DNA of 20,000 bases from an uncultured virus (IMG/VR IMGVR_UViG_3300030109_002855) (Duplodnaviria; Heunggongvirae; Uroviricota; Caudoviricetes): IMG/VR virus record IMGVR_UViG_3300030109_002855, positions 51,555-71,554 of that record, one strand, 5' to 3'. Position numbers and translations under genes: made by a program. The notes beneath the pieces were generated by a model, which did not search any database, was not told the DNA's origin, and saw only the letters and a program-made list of their open reading frames with translations. Positions 6,618 to 15,809 of this stretch are shown here, in pieces. Within the stretch, counting starts at the first letter, position 1; every line of letters begins with the position of its first letter.

Positions 6618-7196
6618 CTATTGGTTAACAAAATCAAACACCATACTAAGGCTATTTGCTGCTGTACTACCTGCTGAATTAGTAGCAGTACCCGCTAATC
6701 CTATTATTATTTCATCACCTGCTGATGGATAGGTTACACCACCTCTACCACCACCAAAGGATATAACTAAATCTCTATTAAGACTACCTGAATCTAATCT
6801 TGCGTTTTGGTCGGTTGTTATTGTTCCTGTTAATGCTGCACTTGAGCCTGTTAAAGATTGAGATACAATTGATAATTGCCATGAAAATGATGTAGCGCCT
6901 GTGGCTCTAAGATACGCGCCAAACTCGGTAGTATAACCACTATCACATCCTTCAAAATGAGCAGCGTAGCCATCTACAATTACGCTAACTGTAACTCTAT
7001 CATTTACACCATCACTATTAGTATCGGTAGTAAATGCACCATCAAAAGTACCTTCTGTAAAACTGCAATTATTTACATTTGAAACAAAAGCATTGTTATG
7101 ATTTCCACTTGAAGTTGTAGCAATAGAAACACCTGTTGGTGCTGAACCTGCTTGTGCTGCTTGTGCAACAACTCCAACTACACCAATAAAACTCAT
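6618..7196 (-). CDS. Putative tail-fibre tip/adhesin protein (192 aa, beta-rich, G/S/T/A-rich)
   Basis: Starts 5 nt after the fibre stop at MSFIGVVGVVAQ (AGGTAGGT upstream); virion-like composition. Confidence 0.65.
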   Translation of the reverse strand: MSFIGVVGVVAQAAQAGSAPTGVSIATTSSGNHNNAFVSNVNNCSFTEGTFDGAFTTDTNSDGVNDRVTVSVIVDGYAAHFEGCDSGYTTEFGAYLRATGATSFSWQLSIVSQSLTGSSAALTGTITTDQNARLDSGSLNRDLVISFGGGRGGVTYPSAGDEIIIGLAGTATNSAGSTAANSLSMVFDFVNQ

Positions 7197-7201
7197 TTGA
7201 A

Positions 7202-10200
7202 TTAACCTACCTGAATCCAAGTATTAGCAGTAACACAAACAAACGAGGCTAATTCGTGGTCTGATATTGCTGTTGTTGCGTTCGTTGCACTTGTAAAACC
7301 TGCCACCATAGAACAGTTACTACCATTAACTGCAACAGTAGCAGAACCACCTGTATTATTAATTACAGTATATTGAGTTCCTACTGTACCGCTTGCAGGT
7401 AAAGTTAGTGTACCTGCTGTCCAATAAATGTAAGCACCTGTTTGTGCTAGTGTTAATGTTGTATTACCTGATACTGCTACAACTTCTGCTTTAGAATTAA
7501 TACCACCGGATGAATTACCTGTAATCCAAGTAACTCCACCATCACCGGAACTTATTGATAATTGGTCGTCTCCTGTTGCACTTGAAACATCTGCTGCACC
7601 AATTACTACGTTGTTATCTCCGGTAGTAATATTATCACCTGCCGAATACCCCAAAAATATATTATCTGAACCTGTGGTTACTGCAATACCTGAATATCCA
7701 CCGACAGATGTATTTTTATCTCCTGTTTCAATTACTTTTAATGCCGCATTTCCTATTGCCGTGTTTCTTTCTGCTGTTTTATCACCATAAGTTATCATGG
7801 CTTCTGCGCCTATTGCTACATTGTAATTTGATAAGTTATTGCGACCTGCATAATAACCAATATAAGTTGATTCCACACTTGTAGAAGATTTACCTGCTTC
7901 AAAACCAACCATAGTGTTGCTTGCTTGGGTTGTTAATGCCGAACCCGCATAATGCCCAATTGCTACGTTATTATCAGCAGTAGTCAAAGCATCAAGTGTG
8001 TAATTTCCAATTGCTACGTTATATTCTCCACCATTAACAGCACCACCTAAAGAATCATAACCAATTGCTATGTTATCACTATCGTTAGAAGCACTATCCA
8101 TTGCTTGATAACCAATAGCAATATTTCTTGCACCTGTTCCAATATTGTACCCTGCGTCTTTTCCAATGGCTATATTTCCTGAACCCGAAGTTAAGTTATA
8201 TCCGGCAGAAGAACCTATACCAATAGTATAATCTGCCGTAGTGTTAAACAATGCGTTTCTCCCAACTGCTACTACTTTTTCAGCATTCAAAGCATTACTA
8301 TCAAAATAACTTCCAATAATTACTGAATACCCTTTATTACTTGCCAATGCGTGACCCGCATAAGCACCAACAGCCACGCTACCGTAATTACTGTTAATTA
8401 ATAGGGCATCTTTTCCAATAGCGGTATTGTCTTGACCGCCCGTTGCACCACTTAATGCTTGATGACCTAATGCAGTATTTCTATCACCCGAAGTTAATGC
8501 GTCTAATGCCCCTATTCCTACACCTGTATTATGACTTGCACTACTTAATGTTCCATGAGTTTGATGACCTATTAACAAAGAGCCTGTAAAATCAGTCCCT
8601 CCCGATTTAGCATCCGATAAACCGTCTAAGTCAGAAGCACCGCCACTTGAAGCAGCAGCCCATGTTAAACCGCCTGTATTACCCGATTGTGCAGTTAAGA
8701 CATAACCATTAGTAGGTGCATTTGAAACTTGTAATTTTGCTTCATTAATTGCTTGGTCTGCTATGTAAGCCTGTGCAATAGCAGTACCTTGCCATGTTCC
8801 TGTTCCTATTGTTCCTAATGTTGTAAGGCTTGTACTACCTGCTATAACACCATATTTATCATTAATTGCAGCAGAAGTCATAATATGTGCATCATCATCA
8901 GTAAACTCTCCTGAATCATCAACACCTGTAATTGTATTACCATCTAAAACAAACCCTGCTAAAGTTGCATTCTCATTAAATGTCTTTGCTCCTGTAAAGG
9001 TTTGAGTAGTTGATAGATGAGCAGTATCCGAATCTAAATAAGCAGATGCAATAACACTTCCATTCCATGTTCCTGTTCCAATAGTGCCTAGTGTAGTAAT
9101 ACTTGTAGTACCTGCTGCTGCTATTGCAGTACCACCAATAGTAATAGCATCTGCTTCTAATGTACCATCAATATCTGCATCACCGGATATATCAAGACTT
9201 GTTGCTTCTATTTCTCCTGATGTTTTAAATGTAACACCATCTGCATTACCCACTCTAAATATAATTTGGTCATCAGTACTAAACTTAATTTGATTATGTG
9301 CATCTCTACCAACTACTAAACTTGCATTCAATACAGAAGTAATTCCTGTTTGTGCTGCTGTTACTGCAATATCATCAGCATTAGCAGTTATACCCGTTCC
9401 TCCTACAACATCTAATGTTGGGTTAACTGTATTTGTGCCGCTTTGAGTCATACCGTCTCCGGCTGTAACAGAAGTGACAGTTCCACTTCCACCACCTAAA
9501 GTAACCCATGCTCCATCACCTCTCAAGAACTTAGCAGCATCACCTGTACCTGCATAAGGTACTAATCCACCTGCTAAATCAGTAGCATTACTAGAATCAG
9601 CACCTTCAAACTGTTTAACTTCTAATGTTCTTGAGCCACCTAATGTAATTTGTTTTGCATATTCAACTTTAAGACTCGCATTTGCATTATGAGTTGCAGC
9701 ACTTGTTCCTTTATGGCCTCTAACTAACCCTGTTAAAGTTTGACTTGTTTTACCAGTGTATTTTATTTTCTCACTGCCAATCTCAACAACCCCTGAAGTT
9801 GGGAAAGTATCTGCTTGCGCTTGAGTGTTTAAAGTAAGAGCAGTTGCAGAAGAACCTAATTCAACCGATAAAGTACCTGCACCGACTTGTGCATTAGCAA
9901 TAGCAAACCCACTAACCTTAGCACCTGTTACAGCATCATCAGCAATCTTTGCTTCTACAACTGCATTAGCATTTATTTGGTCTGATTCAACTGCATTATC
10001 GGCTAATTCTGTTGTATCAATAGCATTAGTACCTACTTTAGCATTAGTAACTGCATCATCTGCTAATCTTGCAGTTGAAATAGCACCTGTTCCTATTCTT
10101 GATGCAGGTATAGTACCTGTTGTTAATTTAGTAGCAGAAATACCACTAGCAATATAATCATTACCAATTGCAGTACCATTCCAAACACCAGTTGTAATTG

Positions 10201-13200
10201 TACCAACTGTTGCTAAATTAGCAGCACTTGTTATTGATGCTTGAGTACCACCTGTAACAGTTGCAGCAGTACCACTAACATTACCTGTAACATCTCCTGT
10301 TAAACTACCTGTAATTGTTGCTGCCTTTAAATTAGCATAACCCGCTATTGTTACATTACCTGCTGTTGTACCTGTATCTGTTGTTGTAATAGCCGACCAA
10401 GTATCTGCTGATTCATCCCAAATAAAACCAACATTGGTTGAAGAACCCCTTTCTCCTATTATTCCTATATCAACAGATGGTGTTCCCGATTGTCCATTAG
10501 CCAAATATACTAATGGGTCTTCTACACTTAATGTTGCAGTATTTACAGTTACAGTATCTCCACTTACAAGCAAATCACCTGTTACAGTTAAATCACCTGC
10601 CATAGTTACAGTTACATCAGTAGCATCACCAATTGTAACATTTTCAGTAATTTGAGGTAATCTTGCAGTTAAATTTGATACATTAACATCTACATCAGTA
10701 TTTGTTATTGCACCTGATGCTGCACCTAAATAGCCCCATTGTGTTGCTGAAATTGTTGTAGAACCAATATTTTCTAATTGCTCTCCTTCTGCTGCTGTCA
10801 AATTAGAAAGTTCAGTTACTTGAGATATAGCAATTGTTTTATTTGAAAGAATATCTGAACTAGATGCAGTAATAAAACTAGCACCATTAGTTAATTGATT
10901 ATTATTAGTTGGTATTGTTGTTGAGTTAAAAGCATTAGAGCCGAATATCTCAGATGATAGTTTTCTCTTTTGAGTTCCATTATCAAGAACAATAAATTCA
11001 TCTTCACCTGTTACCCAAGATTGGTCCATATCTGCAAGGTCTCCTAAAGCAAGAGATAAATTACCCGAACCTGTAACTGTTCCACTTAACCCTGTATTAG
11101 TTCCTACGGATGTAACTGTTCCTGTATTTGTAGTATAATTATAACCTAGAATCTTATCTTGAATAGCGGCAGAAGTCATTAAATGATTATCTGAATCTAC
11201 AAACTCGGTTGATATGTCTATATCATCAACCGCATGACCTCCTAATGTAATAGAACCTGCTGTTGTAAAACCCGCAGCAGTTATTGTACCTGTTGTTGTA
11301 TCGTTAGCGTTATTGACTAAGAAAGCATCATCCACATTGAAAGTAGTACCACTTAATGAGATGTTAGTACCTGCTGAGTAAGTAGTATCCGTGTTAGTAT
11401 CTGTTGATGCGATTGTTACTGCACCCGCACTTTCAGTAATTGTAACATTAGAACCTGCTGTAAAGGCAAGAGTTTCAGATGAACCAAGAGTGTTGCCACC
11501 TGCGGTTATGGTTCTAAATGTGTTAGTATCAGCAGATGCTATTGTAATTGTATCGCTTGCTGCGGTTGTAGTAATAGTTACATTAGAACCTGCTGCAAAG
11601 GTTAGAGTATCTGTTGTTGTATCTGCAACTACATTATCTTGACCACTTACTGAAATTGTCTTAAATGAAAATTCATTTGCTTCACCACTTGAACCTGTTT
11701 GAACATATCTTCCATCTAAATCTACGGTTACTGTACTAGTATCACTACCTGCTCTTGTTAAAGTCAATACTCCTGTACCTGTGTTAAATGCAGCAGAATT
11801 AACATACCTATCAGTATCAGTATAATTATTTGCATGAATTACTTTAGAAGCACTTGTTTGGTCGCTAGCCCAATCTATTATTTCATCGTCAGCGATTCCT
11901 AAATCACTTCTTACTTGTGCAGCAGTTCTACCTTCAATTTCTGTGCCATCAACTCTTAAGAAATCATTGTCTGCTAAAGCATCATTAGCCACTAATACAT
12001 TTCCATCTGATATTCCTGATGTTAATCCTTTTACAAATGCAAGATTAGTTACTTCTGAATCCATCAATGCACCTGCTGCTGTAACATTTGCTGTGTCTGT
12101 AACATCAGCACTACTTTCAACAGAATCTAATTTGGTTTCTTGAGCATCTGTCATTAGTCTTTTATTAGTTGCATCTGTAAAATTAGTAGTTGTAAATGTA
12201 GGTGTTGCCCCACTAATAACAGATTGGTCTAATGCTTTAACATGAGCAATTGCTGTTAATTCGCTGTCCATTAATGCACCTGCTGCTGTTACACTACTTG
12301 CATTAATTGTATTTGCAGTAGCATTCGCTTCTCCGGCAGGGAAACCTATTGACTCCCATTCTCCTGATGTAACTTGGTCAGCAGTTGCAGAAGCCGCAAT
12401 ATACATTCTATTGCTATCATCAGAATCAAACCATAAATCACCAACAGTTTTAGCAGTTGGAACACTTGCTTGGAAGAATAATTTACCAGTTGTAGCACCA
12501 TCTTCAGGTAAAGTTGAAGCAAATAATTTACCTCCACCAACTACATGAGAAGAAGCAATACTAGCATTCTTAACATCTGCATCACCTAATGTTGTAGAAC
12601 CATCTGCTGCTTTAAGGTTAGTACCTAATCTAGCACCAACAGTTGCATTATCAGCAGGTTTAGTGCTATTAGCATCTTGAATTTCATCATACTCTGTTTT
12701 TCTATTATCAAATACAACATCAACAGGAGAACCTGCTGTATCTTGAATAGTTGTTGTATTAGAACCATCATTAACTTCTAATTTACCTGTTGAAGTATTT
12801 ACTCTAATTGTTAAGTTATTAGATAATGCTCTACCTGCTATTGTTCTTGTAGTTGGTACTTTAGCCGCTAAATCAGTTTCTAAATCTGTAACTTTAGATT
12901 GTGCTAATGCAGGTATTCTAGCAGCAGCAAATGTACCACTACCAATTTTATCAGCAGGTAATGTAGGTATCATTGTAGCAGTAGTAGCAGCCATTAATTG
13001 AGTAAGAGTAATTTTTTTAGTAGTGCTATCTGTTGCATCTGTAAATGCTAAATGGTCAGCAGTAACGTGTATTCCTGATTCAGCACCTAATCCTGCTATT
13101 AAATCAGTAGTTGCTATGTTAGTATTAGTATCAGTAACAGAATTAGTAATTGTTACTGCCCCTGCATTTTCAGAAATAGTAATACCAGTTCCGGCAGTAA

Positions 13201-15466
13201 ACGCTAATGTTTCTGATGCCCCTAATGTATTCCCACCTGCTGTTACTGTTCTAGCAGAACTAGCAGTAGATGCTAATGTAGCCCAAGAAGAACCATTATA
13301 AAATTGTACTACATTACTACTGTATCTTAAACCACCCGCTTCATCAACAGAACTAGCACCCAATGTTATTCCTTTAGTGGCCTTTAATTGATTTGGTATA
13401 GTAACTATACCTGTTTGACTTATAGATAAATATGAGTTGTCTGCTCTAAAAACTGAATCAGCATCATTAGACAAGAAACCATCTTGGTATCTTTTATCTG
13501 CAACAAATCCTATTTGTAATAATCCTGTACCTGTTCCCGCAGTAGAAAATTGTTTTCCAATACCCCAAGTATAATCATCATCTTGATTACTTGCATTTGT
13601 ATCTTCATCATGTGATAAAACTAAACCTGCTCTATGTTGATTATTTTGAGTTTCAATAGCATATACTGCACCTGTTCCATAGTATTCTATACCATCACCT
13701 GTTGTTTCAGAAGCAGCATCAACAACTAATCTTGCTTCTGTATATTGAGTGTCTTTTAATTCCATTTGTGGGTATCTAAGGTTACTATAATAAGCACTTG
13801 CGTTGTATAAAGCGTTTGCATTAAAACTAGTTGCACCTACACCTGTACCCACAAATGCTGTACTTTTACCTACTAATATTCTTTCAGCAGCAGATATTTG
13901 ACTATCCGCTTCAAACTTTGTAGAAGATAATACATTTGTACTAGCATTGAAGGTTAATGCAGTATCAGTTTCTAATGCTTGTGTTCCTGTTGCACCATCT
14001 ACAAATGTAGGAAAATAAGTACCTGCTGTATTTTGACTATCTGCTACTGTAACTGTTGCTGCTAATGTAGCGGTTGCTACGTTTGAAGATGTTAAAGCAA
14101 CTGTACCTGAAGCATCCGGTAATGTGATTGTATTATCATCATTTGTTGGGTCTGTAATAGTTAAAATTGTTTCATTGGCATCAGCAGTAGCACCCTCAAA
14201 TACAATAGCATTTTGAGCATTCATTGTTACAGTATTTACAACAGTTGAAGTGCCTGTAACCGTTAAATTGCCTGTAACTGCTAAATTACCTCCAACAGAA
14301 ACACCACCTGTAAATGTAGCAGTATCATCAGTTTGATTTCCTATTGTAAAATTACCACCTAAATCTGAATTTAACAATCCAATTATTTCTACTGCTGTTT
14401 GGTCTGCTGTTGCACCTGCTTCTGAACTACCTAAGAAAGTTAACACTTGTGCTTGAGTCAATTCTTCAATTGCACCATCAGCACCGGAAACTCTTCCAAG
14501 TATTCTTTCATCAGCAGAAACATTTTGTATTTTAGCATAAGTTATTGAGTCATCAGCAATAGGTCTATTGTTAGCATGTATAGTAGCAGTACCACTTATA
14601 TCAGTGTCCCATCTATAATGTTCTGCTGCCACAAATCCTGTTAAATTATCGTGATTAACTGCAACGGCAGTCGTACCATCATAATTTAATGACCCATCTG
14701 CACTAGTAGTTATTTTAGCATTTAACCAAGTTGTATTTGCAGTTACTCCTGTACCACCACTTGCTACTGCTAAAGTTGAAGAAAGACCTGCTGCTGTACC
14801 TGTAATATTATCAGCAGTTCTTGCTAATGTACCAGTTGCAGAAGGCAATGTTATTGTATAAGCGGTACTACTTGGAGTATATGTTAATGTACCTGCTTTA
14901 TTTAATCTAAGTTTTTCTGTACCATTATCAATTGTACTAAACTCTCTTGTAACTTCATTACTAGCATTAAGTGGTTTATATCCTAAAAATTGCATTGGTC
15001 TATTAACAGCAGTAGCAGCAGAACTAGCAGCATATTTTACAACTGCAATTGGTATATCACCAGTAGTTAATGCAGCAACCGTAGCGGTACTTGTATCTAA
15101 TTTACCTGTTGTTGTAGGAGAAGAAGTACCATGTCTCCATGCTAGTGTATCATCACTTTTTTGTACAACTATAACTCCATACCAATCTACACCATTGCTA
15201 GTTCCTGTACTACTACTTGTTGTTAATGTACTAGAACTAACAGAGACTAATTTTCCATTCCTTAATACTGAACCTGCTGTTACAGCATAATGTGTATGAC
15301 TACTTGTTGTGCCTTGAGTAATATCAAACCCACTAATGGCTCTATTTTCACCACTTGCAGCATTTAGATACATTATGATAGCAGAATGTATTGCATCGTT
15401 TCCATCATCTATCTGTGCAGTCGGTGTTGATAATAAATTACTTATATTTCCTAGATTTGTCGCCAT
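7202..15466 (-). CDS. Giant modular tail fibre / receptor-binding protein (2754 aa)
   Basis: T/A/G/S/D-rich. Contains TITLP.A.GT.A and .ADDAVT.AK. shaft repeats, 14-residue N.AIG..A. beta-roll repeats near the C-terminus, and a terminal TLTLPA..VG..NTW..G domain. Strong GAGGTGA SD at 15471-15477 and TAATG coupling. Confidence 0.9.
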   Translation of the reverse strand: MATNLGNISNLLSTPTAQIDDGNDAIHSAIIMYLNAASGENRAISGFDITQGTTSSHTHYAVTAGSVLRNGKLVSVSSSTLTTSSSTGTSNGVDWYGVIVVQKSDDTLAWRHGTSSPTTTGKLDTSTATVAALTTGDIPIAVVKYAASSAATAVNRPMQFLGYKPLNASNEVTREFSTIDNGTEKLRLNKAGTLTYTPSSTAYTITLPSATGTLARTADNITGTAAGLSSTLAVASGGTGVTANTTWLNAKITTSADGSLNYDGTTAVAVNHDNLTGFVAAEHYRWDTDISGTATIHANNRPIADDSITYAKIQNVSADERILGRVSGADGAIEELTQAQVLTFLGSSEAGATADQTAVEIIGLLNSDLGGNFTIGNQTDDTATFTGGVSVGGNLAVTGNLTVTGTSTVVNTVTMNAQNAIVFEGATADANETILTITDPTNDDNTITLPDASGTVALTSSNVATATLAATVTVADSQNTAGTYFPTFVDGATGTQALETDTALTFNASTNVLSSTKFEADSQISAAERILVGKSTAFVGTGVGATSFNANALYNASAYYSNLRYPQMELKDTQYTEARLVVDAASETTGDGIEYYGTGAVYAIETQNNQHRAGLVLSHDEDTNASNQDDDYTWGIGKQFSTAGTGTGLLQIGFVADKRYQDGFLSNDADSVFRADNSYLSISQTGIVTIPNQLKATKGITLGASSVDEAGGLRYSSNVVQFYNGSSWATLASTASSARTVTAGGNTLGASETLAFTAGTGITISENAGAVTITNSVTDTNTNIATTDLIAGLGAESGIHVTADHLAFTDATDSTTKKITLTQLMAATTATMIPTLPADKIGSGTFAAARIPALAQSKVTDLETDLAAKVPTTRTIAGRALSNNLTIRVNTSTGKLEVNDGSNTTTIQDTAGSPVDVVFDNRKTEYDEIQDANSTKPADNATVGARLGTNLKAADGSTTLGDADVKNASIASSHVVGGGKLFASTLPEDGATTGKLFFQASVPTAKTVGDLWFDSDDSNRMYIAASATADQVTSGEWESIGFPAGEANATANTINASSVTAAGALMDSELTAIAHVKALDQSVISGATPTFTTTNFTDATNKRLMTDAQETKLDSVESSADVTDTANVTAAGALMDSEVTNLAFVKGLTSGISDGNVLVANDALADNDFLRVDGTEIEGRTAAQVRSDLGIADDEIIDWASDQTSASKVIHANNYTDTDRYVNSAAFNTGTGVLTLTRAGSDTSTVTVDLDGRYVQTGSSGEANEFSFKTISVSGQDNVVADTTTDTLTFAAGSNVTITTTAASDTITIASADTNTFRTITAGGNTLGSSETLAFTAGSNVTITESAGAVTIASTDTNTDTTYSAGTNISLSGTTFNVDDAFLVNNANDTTTGTITAAGFTTAGSITLGGHAVDDIDISTEFVDSDNHLMTSAAIQDKILGYNYTTNTGTVTSVGTNTGLSGTVTGSGNLSLALGDLADMDQSWVTGEDEFIVLDNGTQKRKLSSEIFGSNAFNSTTIPTNNNQLTNGASFITASSSDILSNKTIAISQVTELSNLTAAEGEQLENIGSTTISATQWGYLGAASGAITNTDVDVNVSNLTARLPQITENVTIGDATDVTVTMAGDLTVTGDLLVSGDTVTVNTATLSVEDPLVYLANGQSGTPSVDIGIIGERGSSTNVGFIWDESADTWSAITTTDTGTTAGNVTIAGYANLKAATITGSLTGDVTGNVSGTAATVTGGTQASITSAANLATVGTITTGVWNGTAIGNDYIASGISATKLTTGTIPASRIGTGAISTARLADDAVTNAKVGTNAIDTTELADNAVESDQINANAVVEAKIADDAVTGAKVSGFAIANAQVGAGTLSVELGSSATALTLNTQAQADTFPTSGVVEIGSEKIKYTGKTSQTLTGLVRGHKGTSAATHNANASLKVEYAKQITLGGSRTLEVKQFEGADSSNATDLAGGLVPYAGTGDAAKFLRGDGAWVTLGGGSGTVTSVTAGDGMTQSGTNTVNPTLDVVGGTGITANADDIAVTAAQTGITSVLNASLVVGRDAHNQIKFSTDDQIIFRVGNADGVTFKTSGEIEATSLDISGDADIDGTLEADAITIGGTAIAAAGTTSITTLGTIGTGTWNGSVIASAYLDSDTAHLSTTQTFTGAKTFNENATLAGFVLDGNTITGVDDSGEFTDDDAHIMTSAAINDKYGVIAGSTSLTTLGTIGTGTWQGTAIAQAYIADQAINEAKLQVSNAPTNGYVLTAQSGNTGGLTWAAASSGGASDLDGLSDAKSGGTDFTGSLLIGHQTHGTLSSASHNTGVGIGALDALTSGDRNTALGHQALSGATGGQDNTAIGKDALLINSNYGSVAVGAYAGHALASNKGYSVIIGSYFDSNALNAEKVVAVGRNALFNTTADYTIGIGSSAGYNLTSGSGNIAIGKDAGYNIGTGARNIAIGYQAMDSASNDSDNIAIGYDSLGGAVNGGEYNVAIGNYTLDALTTADNNVAIGHYAGSALTTQASNTMVGFEAGKSSTSVESTYIGYYAGRNNLSNYNVAIGAEAMITYGDKTAERNTAIGNAALKVIETGDKNTSVGGYSGIAVTTGSDNIFLGYSAGDNITTGDNNVVIGAADVSSATGDDQLSISSGDGGVTWITGNSSGGINSKAEVVAVSGNTTLTLAQTGAYIYWTAGTLTLPASGTVGTQYTVINNTGGSATVAVNGSNCSMVAGFTSATNATTAISDHELASFVCVTANTWIQVG
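7590..8560 (-). repeat. YadA/Hep_Hag-like beta-roll repeat array within the tail fibre (boundaries approximate)
   Basis: Tandem units such as NTGVGIGAL, NTALGHQAL, NTAIGKDAL, NIAIGKDAG, NIAIGYQAM, NVAIGNYTL, NVAIGHYAG and NTAIGNAAL, spaced about 13-15 aa apart. Confidence 0.8.
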
Positions 15467-15807
15467 TAGTTCACCTCGATTCTAATTGTAAAAGTAACTG
15501 TATCACTAGCCGCTACAACGCCTGTGCTTGTAAAGGTAATCCTACTCAGTAATTTACTACCATCATTTTTGAAAACCCCTAGTTCTGAAACTCCTGATGC
15601 AGGTATTTCTGAACCCAAAAAATCTACATTCCAAACTAATGTGCTACCTACAACCGTAGGAGTTATATCTGCTTTTTGTGCTACAAAATGGTCTAATGAA
15701 GTTTGAGACGCAGATGTACTATCTGCACCATCCCCAATTTTAATTAATCTATAATTACCTGCAATATAATTAGTTGCTATATCTTCCTTTGCACTATTCG
15801 TTATCAT
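15466..15807 (-). CDS. Small tail collar/baseplate-like structural protein (113 aa; DUF3751-like)
   Basis: MITNSAK..IKIGDG..VSELGVF..G.KLLSR pattern resembles fibre-attachment domains; AAGGA SD precedes ATG 15807; translationally coupled to the fibre gene. Confidence 0.65.
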   Translation of the reverse strand: MITNSAKEDIATNYIAGNYRLIKIGDGADSTSASQTSLDHFVAQKADITPTVVGSTLVWNVDFLGSEIPASGVSELGVFKNDGSKLLSRITFTSTGVVAASDTVTFTIRIEVN

Positions 15808-15809
15808 CT

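Noticed and set aside
7202..15466. Diversity-generating retroelement, invertible tip cassette or CRISPR-like array in the fibre repeats
   Set aside because: Repeats are conserved at protein level with synonymous divergence, not adenine-specific TR/VR differences or identical spaced repeats; no RT, recombinase or cas gene in the window.
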